A stretch of 64,000 nucleotides of DNA, from the NCBI GenBank assembly GCA_965218055.1, contig CBDCKA010000002.1, forward strand, positions 1,136,514 to 1,200,513, given 5' to 3'. Numbering within the stretch: the first letter of the stretch is position 1; every line of letters starts with the position of its first letter. The notes below the pieces were generated by a model. It was not told the DNA's origin, ran no database searches, and worked only from the letters and a program-made list of their open reading frames with translations. The position numbers and the translations under genes were made by a program. The DNA is from Terriglobia bacterium. GTDB lineage: Bacteria; Acidobacteriota; Terriglobia; JAJPHL01; JAPKYU01. Positions 1-9,272 of this stretch are shown here, one piece after another.

Positions 1-732
1 GCTTGATCTCGACTTTGAACGTCTCCATGTTTCGGAGCAGTCCGGCGATCCCCTCTTCGTTCAGCCCGACCAGGTTTTCTTTCAAGTAGGCATCGCGTTG
101 GGCGCGAAGTTCGCTGGGTCGCCGGAGCAGTTCGGCGCGCTCAGCCTGCAGCTTCGCCCGCCGGTCCTTCAACTCGTTGAATTCCCGTTCCAGCTCATCG
201 TAGGTGAGGCTGACCCGCTCGATTTTGCCGTCGCCGGCTGGCAGCCGGGCCGGCCATTTCTCCTGCCTGGTCTGTTCCAGCGCCTTTCTGCGCGACTCCT
301 TTTCGCCGGTGCTGGAGGCAGTCTCCAGTTGGTAGGTCTTTTCACCCAGCTTGCCGCGGGCCACTTGAAACACTTCCGTTACGGCCATGATCCGCGGGGT
401 GAGCTCCTGGTTTACCTCGCGGTCAAGGTCGCGCAGTCTGGGCGCAACGGCCTTCTGCGCTTCGTCGAAAGCCTGCTCCAGGCGTTGGTACTCAGGCGAC
501 TGGCGTAGGGCTTCCTCTGAGCTGGCCTGCTTGGGTTTCAGGCTCTCCAGATATGTAGTGTACTGACGCACAAACCGCTGCTGGTAATCCTTATAGGGAC
601 GTTGCCCGTACCCTTCGTCGTACAACGACCACGCCACCGTCACCATCAGGAGGAGGACGGAAATCAACAGGGGACCACTGAGGGACTGGCTGACGATCGG
701 GTCCCGTTCCGGGACAGGTGTCTCAGGCACCA
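1..732 (-). CDS. membrane-anchored coiled-coil protein, partial (continues past window start); probable GTG start near 732
   Basis: Reverse-strand translation is open from about 732 to position 1. It reads VPETPVPERDPIVSQSLSGPLLISVLLLMVTVAWSLY... (one TM helix) then an E/L/K/Q/R-rich coiled coil (…REFNELKDRRAKLQAERAELLRR…). An in-frame TAA lies upstream with no ATG before the TM helix, so a GTG start is inferred. The gene sits immediately downstream of the cytochrome b genes on the same strand. Confidence 0.45.
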
Positions 733-811
733 GGCTCCTCCTTGCCTCTATACCTTGGGCCTTTGGACATTAGGCCTTCGCACGTCGGCTTCAGACGTTG
801 AACCCCTGGTT

Positions 812-1747
812 TCAGACGTTGAACCATGGTGTCACCCAGACGTACTTAATCCGGAGCAGCAGCCGGAGCAGGATCTTCACCGGCAGCGCCAGCATGGTAA
901 CGATCAAAAACTGCATGGTCAGGTACTGCAGCACGTTCATTCGCTTGTAAATCTTGCGACTGAACTCAGTGAGCGTAATCAGCTTGTGGAGGCCGGCGCC
1001 GGCCAGCACGAAATAGCCGCCCACCACCAGCGCCCCGAAAATGCCTTTACCCGCCAGGCCGGTAATCCCCACCATGTCGGGCAAGTCCCGGTTGGCTTCA
1101 AAGATCAACTTATTATGGTCCCAGATCTGGCCGGGCCAGAACCACATCCAGCCTGGTCCGCGGATAAAGGTCCCAATAATCACCATCGCCACCCAGAGCA
1201 AGATGAAACCGAAGCAAAACGTCAGGATGGCAAAGCGGCGCTGACGGAACGTATAGTAGCCGGCGCCTAGCGGATTCTCGTCCATGTAGGGGATCGCCAT
1301 CAGCCCGATAACGATGAGGGTGGGCATCACCACACCGGCGATCCAGGGGTCGAAATAGACCAGCATCTCCTGCAGCCCCAGGAAGTACCAGGGAGCTTTG
1401 GCCGGATTCATGGTCAGGCTTGGATTGGCCGGCTCTTCCAGGGGCGCGTCAAGCGTCAGAGACCAAACCATCAGGATCACGGTCACAATGATGGCCGCCA
1501 GGAATTCTATCCGCAGCAGGAAGGGCCAGACATGCACTTCGCGTGCCCAGCCGGGCCGCCACGGATGGGTTTTGCGATGATGGGTCTTGGCCAGCTGGGG
1601 GTCGGCTTCCAGCTGTGCGATCAGCCGGTCATTGGCCAGGGCCTGGCGCAAGCCGTACCAGCAGTAGAAGGGCACCAGAAACAACAGCGCCACAATCGGC
1701 ACATTGTCTGGTGCGGACGCGATTTCCCACAGTTGCGCCCAATTCAT
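812..1747 (-). CDS. cytochrome bc complex cytochrome b C-terminal-domain subunit (subunit IV-like)
   Basis: 311-aa polytopic membrane protein with a PWYFLGLQEML-type motif typical of the cytochrome b C-terminal domain. It directly follows the cytochrome b N-terminal gene on the same strand. Confidence 0.8.
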   Translation of the reverse strand: MNWAQLWEIASAPDNVPIVALLFLVPFYCWYGLRQALANDRLIAQLEADPQLAKTHHRKTHPWRPGWAREVHVWPFLLRIEFLAAIIVTVILMVWSLTLDAPLEEPANPSLTMNPAKAPWYFLGLQEMLVYFDPWIAGVVMPTLIVIGLMAIPYMDENPLGAGYYTFRQRRFAILTFCFGFILLWVAMVIIGTFIRGPGWMWFWPGQIWDHNKLIFEANRDLPDMVGITGLAGKGIFGALVVGGYFVLAGAGLHKLITLTEFSRKIYKRMNVLQYLTMQFLIVTMLALPVKILLRLLLRIKYVWVTPWFNV

Positions 1748-1763
1748 TCGGCGTCCCTCTCCA

Positions 1764-2699
1764 TTACAGCTTCCGGACTTCCTTGATCTCGCTTTCCAGC
1801 ATCACCGGTGCCGGGCCGGAAATTCCGCCGTCTTTGCGCACTCGCCAGAAGTGGACTCCCATGAAAACGGCGGCAATCAGGGGGATGGCGATACAATGCC
1901 ATATATAGGAGCGCAGCAAAGCGTTGGAATCCACGATAGACCCACCCAGGATGCCGAAACGCACGTCATTGTACGGACCAATTCCCAGTTCCGGCCCGAA
2001 GGGCCCTTCGTGTCCCAGCAGCGGTGTGGCCCGCGCCATGTTCGTGCCCACCGTCACCGCCCAGAATCCCAACTGGTCATCCGGCAGCAGGTAGCCAGTG
2101 AACGACAGCAGCATGGTCAGCACCAGCAGGATCACGCCCACCACCCAGTTGAACTCGCGCGGCTTCTTGTAGGAGCCGGTTAGGAACACCCGGAACATGT
2201 GCAGCCACACGGTGATGATCATCAGGTGCGCCGCCCAGCGGTGCATGTTCCGCAGCAGGCGGCCGAAAGGGACATCATGCTCCAGGTACAGGATGTCGCG
2301 GAATGCCTGTACCTTGGTGGGGTGGTAGTAGAACATCAGGAGCACGCCAGTGAAAGTCAGCACAATGAACAGGTAAAAGGTGATGCCCCCCATGCCCCAG
2401 GTGTAGCTGTAACGCACGGCGTCGCGATTGACCTTGGCCGGGTGCAGGTGCAGGAAGACATTGGTCAGCACGCCCAACGCCCGGCTCCGCGGCGTCTCGT
2501 CGTGCTTGACCCGGAACAGGGACTTCCAAAGCTGAGTCTTCTGGGGCTTCTTCAACGCCTGAGCGTCTTCCTGCACTTGCCCCATCAGCAGCCGGGCTCC
2601 GGCCTTGGCCTTCTCCACCAGCGTGGCCACGGTGGTTTTCCCGTTCCCGCTCACGCCCTGGTTGCCGTTGCCGTCCTGCTTCTTGTTTCCTTCTGCCAT
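1764..2699 (-). CDS. cytochrome b (b6-like N-terminal haem-binding subunit)
   Basis: Carries the HRWAAHLMIITVWLHMFRVFLTGSY haem-ligand motif of cytochrome b. A GGGAGA Shine-Dalgarno lies before the ATG at 2699; the listed ORF extends to 2750 but the MAEGN start is favoured. Confidence 0.85.
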   Translation of the reverse strand: MAEGNKKQDGNGNQGVSGNGKTTVATLVEKAKAGARLLMGQVQEDAQALKKPQKTQLWKSLFRVKHDETPRSRALGVLTNVFLHLHPAKVNRDAVRYSYTWGMGGITFYLFIVLTFTGVLLMFYYHPTKVQAFRDILYLEHDVPFGRLLRNMHRWAAHLMIITVWLHMFRVFLTGSYKKPREFNWVVGVILLVLTMLLSFTGYLLPDDQLGFWAVTVGTNMARATPLLGHEGPFGPELGIGPYNDVRFGILGGSIVDSNALLRSYIWHCIAIPLIAAVFMGVHFWRVRKDGGISGPAPVMLESEIKEVRKL

Positions 2700-2777
2700 G
2701 CGAATCTCCCGCCTGCAGCGCTGAACCTTACACGCTGCCCTACACCACACGCTGAACCCTACACCACCCGATGAACC

Positions 2778-3419
2778 CTACACCTGGATAAAGGCGCCGC
2801 TTCGGCCGTCGCCTTCGTCGAACTCCGATTGCAGTCCCTTGGGCCACGCGTAGAGGACCCCGGTGTCTACCACGATGCGGCCCTGGGCGTCCAGTTCCAG
2901 GTGGGCGCGGTCCATGGGCCGTGGCGCCGGGCCTTCAAAATTGACTCCCTCAGTGTCATAGCCGCTGCCGTGGCACGGACACTTGAACTTGGTCTCGGCC
3001 GACTTCCAGTCCGGCGTGCACCCCAGGTGAGTGCAGCGCGCAAAGATCACGAAGATGCGCTCGGCGTTGCGCACCACCCAGATGCGGAAGTCCTTTTGGA
3101 ACTTGGTCTCCACGCCCAAAGCAAAGTCGCCTGGATAGCCGATTGTAAATTTGGTTTTTGGTTCAAAGAGCGTGCGCGGCAGGAAAAAGCGAAGGAACAT
3201 CAAGAAGTTGGTCACCAGGTAAGCCACGACGCAAGCCCACACCAAGCGGCGGCGGCGGAGGCTCGGACTCGCCTCGGCAGTTTCTTTGGCCTGTTGCTTG
3301 CTCGGCGTAGCGGCCCGCTCGACTTTCTTGGCCGGCACACCCTTTGTTGGCACACCGGTCGCCGGTTTCTCGGGACCCTCCGGCGGCCCAGGGTTTCCCT
3401 TGCCTGTCAATTCCTCCAT
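2778..3419 (-). CDS. Rieske [2Fe-2S] iron-sulfur subunit of a cytochrome bc complex
   Basis: Rieske motifs CTHLGC…CPCHGS and an N-terminal TM anchor. It is the first gene of the Rieske–cyt b–cyt b C-term operon. Confidence 0.85.
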   Translation of the reverse strand: MEELTGKGNPGPPEGPEKPATGVPTKGVPAKKVERAATPSKQQAKETAEASPSLRRRRLVWACVVAYLVTNFLMFLRFFLPRTLFEPKTKFTIGYPGDFALGVETKFQKDFRIWVVRNAERIFVIFARCTHLGCTPDWKSAETKFKCPCHGSGYDTEGVNFEGPAPRPMDRAHLELDAQGRIVVDTGVLYAWPKGLQSEFDEGDGRSGAFIQV

Positions 3420-3730
3420 ACGCCCGCTCCCTTGCTCTGTGCTGGTTGGGGGTGCTCGGGCCGCAGCCCGCCCCCAGCTTCCCACTTCTCCCAGGAAAAA
3501 ACTTCGGGAGGAACCCTCACGAGGTGCTCGAAAGCCTGACCTTGCCAGTCGAAGCAGGAACTACCGCTCTGGCAACCGTCTGGGCAGCTCCTGACTCCCG
3601 TTCGCAACCCGGCGGCGCTGCTGAAGCGCTCAACTGCCGTGGTTGCCTTCCCAGTGCTGCCAAAGCCCCCGTACAACCTACCATTTTTATAATGCCGGTT
3701 GGCGACCTGTCAAGAAGGCCGGAAGTGAGA

Positions 3731-3766
3731 TAGTGGGTCAGTTTCCGGGAAGCCGACAATACGTCC
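3731..3766 (+). repeat. dispersed short repeat, type-1 copy A (TAGTGGGTCAGTTTCCGGGAAGCCGACAATACGTCC)
   Basis: Shares the GTGGGTCAGTTTCCGG core with copies at 4575, 29403, 62531 and 63504, and the CCGG-AGCCGAC-ATACG-CC tail with the copy at 12441. Confidence 0.7.
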
Positions 3767-3896
3767 ACTAGCCAAACCTCGGCCAAGGCCAGCGGCCTGT
3801 GTTTGAGGCCGAAAAGGCGCGGCCTTCCAAAACTCGTCTTACTGTCAAGGTCCGGCTGGCAGTTCAGCGGGGAGCGCCTAGAGCGGAAATCTTGAT

Positions 3897-4412
3897 TTAA
3901 TTGAGATTTTCAGGGGGGCCACCACTCCTGCTAAAGCTACGCTCCGCACCCAAGCGCCGCAATTTGTCTCTTAGCGTAGGGAAGCGTCCGAGAAAGGGAA
4001 CAAGGGGAGTTACAGGGATGGTCAGCAGACGTAGATTGCTTATCGCTTTCACACTGGCCGTCCGAACGCGTTCCGGATTCACGATCGCCATCTCGCCAAA
4101 AACCGTCGGAGCATCGAGGATGGCAAGTAATTCGGATGCACCGGTTTGTTCACGATAGATGGCAACCGAGCCCTCTTCCATTAGGTAGAGCTCATTGCCC
4201 ACTTGCCCTTGCCGGATAATGATGGTGCCCGGCTGAACAGTGCGCTCTTCACAGATTAGAGAGATTTCAGCCAGGTCTTCCTCATTTAGTCCCGCAAACC
4301 ATTCAAAGGCACCGAGGCGCGACAATTCCACCTTTTGCTCGCCAGGGATGTTACCCTGACGAAAGTCCGCGTACATTTGCTGCACTCTGTTCACGTTTTC
4401 TTGCTTACTCAT
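3897..4412 (-). CDS. cyclic nucleotide-binding domain protein
   Basis: cNMP-binding beta-roll signature (…GELYLMEEGSVAIY…FGEMAIV…RTASVKA). GAGG lies 8 nt before the ATG at 4412; the ORF is open to 4556. Confidence 0.65.
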   Translation of the reverse strand: MSKQENVNRVQQMYADFRQGNIPGEQKVELSRLGAFEWFAGLNEEDLAEISLICEERTVQPGTIIIRQGQVGNELYLMEEGSVAIYREQTGASELLAILDAPTVFGEMAIVNPERVRTASVKAISNLRLLTIPVTPLVPFLGRFPTLRDKLRRLGAERSFSRSGGPPENLN

Positions 4413-4574
4413 GGTTGGCCTCGATAACTTTCCAGCGCCTACGGACTTGATCCTGGGACTTATCGGCAGAATCCGCAGAAACTTAAGTAGGCTCCTGCGG
4501 CTCTTCTGTGCCGCAACCAGCGCGCAGAACAGCGCTGCCATGGTCGCGGCCAACAACTTTTTAGCTCACCTGAC

Positions 4575-4609
4575 CGCATAACGCCCTTTCCGGAAACTGA
4601 CCCACTACC
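4575..4609 (-). repeat. dispersed short repeat, type-1 copy B (inverted relative to copy A)
   Basis: CGCATAACGCCCTTTCCGGAAACTGACCCACTACC is identical over 35 nt to the copy at 63504-63539. It is the reverse complement of the GGTAGTGGGTCAGTTTCCGG core. Confidence 0.7.
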
Positions 4610-4693
4610 GGAAGCGAACCTTGGCGCGGTGGTCCGATGGTGTCGGCAGCGATTGCCGATGCACAGGCGATTTCCGCAGGATCCGAGCGCAAC

Positions 4694-6202
4694 TTACGAT
4701 TCGGAGGCCGATCCGGAAGCCGCGGTGGCGGTTGAGGAGCGCCCCAGGCGGCGGGAGATTGCTCTTAGCAGGAACCAGATCCCCGCGACTTGCAGTGCCA
4801 TCCCCAAATAAATCTCGGGCACCCCGGCGGGCCCAAGTTGTTTCACGCCGAAGACGGTAAATGGATTTGTCAAAGCATAAAAGGTGGAGCTGGACGGTGC
4901 CCAGACGAGCGCGAGAACACCTCCTAGGATGAAGACTGCCGTGTAATAGAGCAACAGGTAGAAAAGACCCTTGACCAGGGGGCGCTTCATCCGCGTGAGA
5001 TTGCACCATTGAAGGAACAGAATGTCGCGCGATATGAAGAGCAGAAAGACAAGCAGTTGGACGGCTGCCTTTCCGAGGTTCCAATGCGCGAAGGGAATGG
5101 AGTCCCATCCGGCCAGGGCTCGGCCAATCAGGAGGCTGTAAGCTACCAAAGCAGCCATGGCCAACCAGGGCCACGGCAGGCCATCCTCGGACACGTACGT
5201 CACTTCTGCCGCAGCACGCTTACGCCACCACACTTTCAGTTTCTCGCGCGGGACCACGGTTGCCAGACCTAGCAGGAATAGAATTGTCGTGTTCATGGCC
5301 ACCGCAAGAGTGGATGCCTCTTCTGGGGACACCAACGGGACGCCCGTTCGCCGCGAGACCTTCTCCATGTCCAGGAACCCATAGAACAGCGCGTTGAGAA
5401 AAATCGCAAAGCCGAGGGACTGCCACCGGGAAAGGAGCCGGACCTGCTCCAGATCCTTCTTGAAATTCCGCGTCAGCGTCAGGACAAGCCAGGCGCCGAA
5501 GGCGGCATAGAGGAACAGCGTCAAAAATGGGAAAGAACTCGGCATTCCGAATAGTTTGGGCGTCACGCTGGCGATTTTCCCCAGTCCGTAAAGCGAAAAG
5601 AGGGCAGGGAAGATACTGATGGCTCCCGCCCCCGGGAAGGGGCTGTCGGTTAAGCCGAACGTCAGGACAATCGGCAAAAGTGCCAATGCCCCAACGATGC
5701 CGCTCGATTTTTCCCGTAGCAGCGATATCCACAAACCGATCAGGCCCACAAACAGCATCAAGGCCAGCAGCAGGAGGTAGGTCCCAAAAAGCACGCGCAG
5801 CGGGTACCCCGCGAAAATTCCCGCCAGCAGCGAGATTGGCAACATGCAAGCCAGGGAGAAGTAGGCCAGAATGGGCGCGCCCAGAAGCTTTCCAAGCACC
5901 AGCTCGCCTGCGGTCAAGCGGGTGGTTTTCAGAAAGTCGAAGGTCTTCAGTTCCCGCTCGCGCGAAATTGCCTGGCCACAGGCGGAAGCGCACCAAAAAC
6001 CCAGCGCCACGAACTGGATTCCCACCAGCCAGCCATAGAGAGTGCGGGTGAACTGGCGGAAGTTGTCAGGCTCAGCACTCCAGCAGGCCAGCCCCGTGAG
6101 GAGGCAAATCACCAGGACCAGCAGGCCGGTCGTCAGCGCGCGCGCCGGGCGCAATTCGGCCCGGGCGTGCCGCACCAGCTCCGGATTCCGCCAGAACTGC
6201 AC
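4694..6202 (-). CDS. ABC-2 family exporter permease
   Basis: 502-aa polytopic membrane protein that overlaps by 1 nt the upstream ATP-binding protein gene on the same strand. Confidence 0.7.
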   Translation of the reverse strand: MQFWRNPELVRHARAELRPARALTTGLLVLVICLLTGLACWSAEPDNFRQFTRTLYGWLVGIQFVALGFWCASACGQAISRERELKTFDFLKTTRLTAGELVLGKLLGAPILAYFSLACMLPISLLAGIFAGYPLRVLFGTYLLLLALMLFVGLIGLWISLLREKSSGIVGALALLPIVLTFGLTDSPFPGAGAISIFPALFSLYGLGKIASVTPKLFGMPSSFPFLTLFLYAAFGAWLVLTLTRNFKKDLEQVRLLSRWQSLGFAIFLNALFYGFLDMEKVSRRTGVPLVSPEEASTLAVAMNTTILFLLGLATVVPREKLKVWWRKRAAAEVTYVSEDGLPWPWLAMAALVAYSLLIGRALAGWDSIPFAHWNLGKAAVQLLVFLLFISRDILFLQWCNLTRMKRPLVKGLFYLLLYYTAVFILGGVLALVWAPSSSTFYALTNPFTVFGVKQLGPAGVPEIYLGMALQVAGIWFLLRAISRRLGRSSTATAASGSASES

Positions 6203-7131
6203 TACATGACCTCGTGGCCGGAAAGCTTCAGGTACAGGTCCTCGACGGTTTTCTTGATCTCTCCGAAGGAGACCAGGCGGACTCCGGCGGCCACCAGGTC
6301 GGCGAGCAGCGTGGCCAGCTCCTCTTGTTCGCCGTCGAACCTAAACACTCCCTCGCGTTCTTTCACCAGCACGCCGGAAACTTTGGCATTGGCCTGCAGC
6401 CTGGATTCTACGGCGCTGGCGGCATCGCCTACCCAGCTAAAGCGCACCACCCGGTAGCGGCTTTCGGCGGCGGTGATTTCCTCAATCTTTCCACTGCGGA
6501 TCATCCGGCCTTTTTCCATCAGCCCGATGGAAGTGCAGAAACCCTCCAATTCGGTAAGGATGTGGGAGGAGATCAGCACGGTCGCCCCCTGGTCCCGCAA
6601 GGACTGGAGCAGATTGCGCAGATCGACGCGGGCCTTTGGGTCCAGGCCCGAGGCGGGCTCGTCCAGCAGCAGCACCCGCGGGCGGTGGATCACGGCGCGG
6701 GCAATGCCCAGGCGCTGTTTCATGCCGCGCGAGAGGCCCTTGATCATGGCGTCGCGCTTCACTTCCAGACCCACCTGCGGGATCACTTCTTCAATGCGCG
6801 CTGCAATGTCAGCCTCCGGCATTTTGTAGGCGTGGGCGAAGTAATCCAGATACTCCCAGACCTTGAGATCTTCGTACACGGAAAAGAAATCGGATAGGTA
6901 GCCTAGGAACTGCTGCGCTCGCTCCGGCTGGTGGTGTACATCTACGCCAGAAATGAAGACCTTACCGCCGGTCGGCTCCAGCAACCCGCAGGCCATGCGG
7001 ATGGTGGTTGTCTTGCCGGCCCCGTTGGGGCCGATGAGACCGTAGATTTCCCCTTCCGGAATGACCATCTCCAGGTCATTCACGGCCGCCAGCTCGTCAA
7101 ACTCCTTGTGCAACTTTTCCACTCGGATCAT
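6202..7131 (-). CDS. ABC transporter ATP-binding protein
   Basis: Walker A GPNGAGKTT, ABC signature LSRGMKQRLGIARA and Walker B LLLDEP. Confidence 0.9.
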   Translation of the reverse strand: MIRVEKLHKEFDELAAVNDLEMVIPEGEIYGLIGPNGAGKTTTIRMACGLLEPTGGKVFISGVDVHHQPERAQQFLGYLSDFFSVYEDLKVWEYLDYFAHAYKMPEADIAARIEEVIPQVGLEVKRDAMIKGLSRGMKQRLGIARAVIHRPRVLLLDEPASGLDPKARVDLRNLLQSLRDQGATVLISSHILTELEGFCTSIGLMEKGRMIRSGKIEEITAAESRYRVVRFSWVGDAASAVESRLQANAKVSGVLVKEREGVFRFDGEQEELATLLADLVAAGVRLVSFGEIKKTVEDLYLKLSGHEVM

Positions 7132-7310
7132 GGCAGATGAACCTCCGGCACTTGGTTTTCAGAATCCTATGGCATTCCGGCACCGCAAGTACAGGGGACA
7201 GTTGAAGCGCGGTCGCGGTTCTGTCACACTTGGAATGTTGCCCCAGCTTTGAAAACCATGGGACGAGAAAAGGGGCAAAGACTCTCTAGCCTGCTTCTGG
7301 TGTCGCCCAT

Positions 7311-7400
7311 GGAGGAGTGGCCGAGTGGTTGATGGCACTGGTCTTGAAAACCAGCGCACCCGAAAGGGTGTCGGGGGTTCGAATCCCTCCTCCTCCGCCA
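7311..7400 (+). tRNA. tRNA-Ser (anticodon UGA), class II with long variable arm, CCA encoded
   Basis: Cloverleaf folds by hand. The 7-bp acceptor GGAGGAG pairs with CTCCTCC. The anticodon stem CTGGT/ACCAG encloses the loop CTTGAAA. The long variable arm is GCACCC-GAAA-GGGTGT. The T-loop is TTCGAAT, and G plus CCA close the 3' end. Confidence 0.9.
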
Positions 7401-7679
7401 TAATTCATCATTGTCCATCAGCGACTTACAGCTGCAATGACACCGAGCGCTTGGAGCGGCGCTTCCTCAGCCGTTGCCGGGTGCTGGAGTTTTCCAGCTA
7501 CGGCTTGAATGGGGCCTGGGCCGAATTCCTGTGCCGCGTCTGGGAAGCCGAAGGCGGAAGCCTGGACGCTGCGCCGGACTTCACCCGCATCATGAAGAAC
7601 ACCTGCAACAACATCCGGGACGCCTTGATGCACCTGGAAGTGGAGCTACTGGCGGCTTGAACGCGCGGAGCAAACCACC

Positions 7680-8261
7680 ATGAAACGCGCAGCCATCTAC
7701 GCCAGGGTGAGCACCCGGAACGGCCAGCATCCAGAGATGCAACTAGCCGAGTTACGGGCCTACTGCGGCCGGCGCGAGTGGGGGGTTGCCGGGGAGTATG
7801 TGGACCAGGGCATAAGCGGCTCCAAGGAGCAGCGATCGGCCCTGGACCGCCTGCTGGCCGACTGCCGACGCCGCACCGTGGACGCTGTTGTGGTTTACCG
7901 CTATGACCGATTTGCCCGCAGTCTGCGCCAGCTTGTGAACGCCCTGGAGGAATTCCGCTCCCTGGGCGTTGACTTCATCAGCCTGCATGAGGGAGTGGAC
8001 ACCAGCACTCCGAATGGCCGCCTTGTGTTCGGTATCTTCGCCTCGATCGCAGAGTTTCAGCGGGAGTTGATTCGGGAGCGGGTCCGCTCGGGGATTGCAA
8101 CTGCTAGAACCAGAGAGAAAAGGTTGGGCCGTCCTAGGGTGACCGTGGATGCTTCTAGGGTAGCTGTCCTTCGCGCCCAGGGGCTTTCCTGGCGCTCCAT
8201 CGCGGACGAGATGGGCATTGGGCTGGCGACCGCAGTCCGAGCGGTTTCTAAGGCGAGCTGA
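7680..8261 (+). CDS. small serine recombinase (resolvase/invertase family)
   Basis: N-terminal AIYARVST catalytic-Ser motif, a resolvase catalytic domain and a C-terminal HTH. It lies 280 bp downstream of the tRNA-Ser. Confidence 0.9.
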   Translation: MKRAAIYARVSTRNGQHPEMQLAELRAYCGRREWGVAGEYVDQGISGSKEQRSALDRLLADCRRRTVDAVVVYRYDRFARSLRQLVNALEEFRSLGVDFISLHEGVDTSTPNGRLVFGIFASIAEFQRELIRERVRSGIATARTREKRLGRPRVTVDASRVAVLRAQGLSWRSIADEMGIGLATAVRAVSKAS

Positions 8262-8679
8262 GGTTGATTTCCAAGAGGGCGGGCCGCTTACGTCGCAGCC
8301 ACACAATCCAGGCTAGGATCTGAACCTTCCTTTTTCCGTACTTCTGTGAGATCAAGCTCCTTGGCCGGGGCTCCTCGGACGGATTGAGTATCCGGCAGAG
8401 GGCCTTAACCGCCGGCCCTGTGGGTTCTCCCCGCCGCGTGCAGGGCGCCACTTCCACCTGCGGGTTATTGCGAAGCCTCTTGACCTTGCCGGCTTGCGCT
8501 TCGGTTCCCACGTACAGTTTGCCTGAGTCCTCCACGAACCAAACGGGCGTTGCGACCGGTTGGCCCGACCGGCGGAATGTCGTAAGGGAGATGTACCGCT
8601 CCGGCTCGAACATGCGAACTGGCAGTATAAGCTCAACTGAGGCCAGAGCGCTGCTCCCGACCAGTGTTCCAAAACCCAC
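8248..8679 (-). CDS. PPOX-class (pyridoxamine 5'-phosphate oxidase-like / F420-dependent) FMN-binding family protein
   Basis: …TFRRSGQPVATPVWFVEDSGKLYVGTEAQAGKVKRLRNNPQVEV… matches the PNPOx-like split-barrel family. The true start may be the internal Met at 8613. Confidence 0.65.
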   Translation of the reverse strand: MGFGTLVGSSALASVELILPVRMFEPERYISLTTFRRSGQPVATPVWFVEDSGKLYVGTEAQAGKVKRLRNNPQVEVAPCTRRGEPTGPAVKALCRILNPSEEPRPRSLISQKYGKRKVQILAWIVWLRRKRPALLEINLSSP

Positions 8680-8839
8680 TCGCCGGCGCGGTCGGAAGTT
8701 GCTGATTCAGCACGCCGCACGAAAAGCCGTTCAGCCGTTCCGAAAACAATTGCTTTTCACACATGGGAGAGGAGCGCTAGCCCGTTTGTGGGGACTATCG
8801 GCCCGTGCGTGAGGTCTACTTCCCCGAAGGCGATCCAAG

Positions 8840-8869
8840 GCACTTGTCCGGTTAGGGCGTTATACGGCC
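8840..8869 (+). repeat. dispersed short repeat, type-2 copy G (GCACTTGTCCGGTTAGGGCGTTATACGGCC)
   Basis: Matches the reverse complement of 12441-12470 in 23 of 30 positions and shares GGGCGTTAT.CG with copies B and E. Confidence 0.6.
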
Positions 8870-9272
8870 ATGTGGCTGGCGTCGGAGCGAGATGCACATG
8901 ATGGCCGACGGGTGGCGCGGAAGTACGGAGGTCGCTATCCGCAGAGGAGACCTATGAGGATCAATCACCAGAGCAGCCCTGAAGCGACTAGACAATTGAC
9001 TCGATTCTGTCGTCTGCAACCGAACCACAGGTTGCTGCGTTCTTGCGACCGAGTATCCACCCGACCTTTCGAGGACCCGCCCCGCCACTCGGCGGGGCCA
9101 AGATGGCCTCGCTACGACTCAAACGGTCCTTCCTGGGGCGGAGAACTTGGGATGGTTGCCGCGTGTTGTCAAGCGGGTCGTGCTGCCCACCCTGAGAGTC
9201 TGGCGGTTCGATCGCCGCAACGCTCCGCGCCCACTCGGGAGTCCTGTAGCCGTCCCCGAAGTGCGGCGGCGG

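Noticed and set aside
98-508. 136-aa plus-strand ORF at the window start
   Set aside because: Its Leu/Gln-rich composition is the mirror image of the E/L/K coiled coil encoded on the minus strand, where the real gene lies (1..732, GTG start).
602-1270. 222-aa plus-strand ORF overlapping the cytochrome b C-terminal gene
   Set aside because: A shadow ORF typical of high-GC DNA. The opposite strand encodes a convincing cytochrome b domain.
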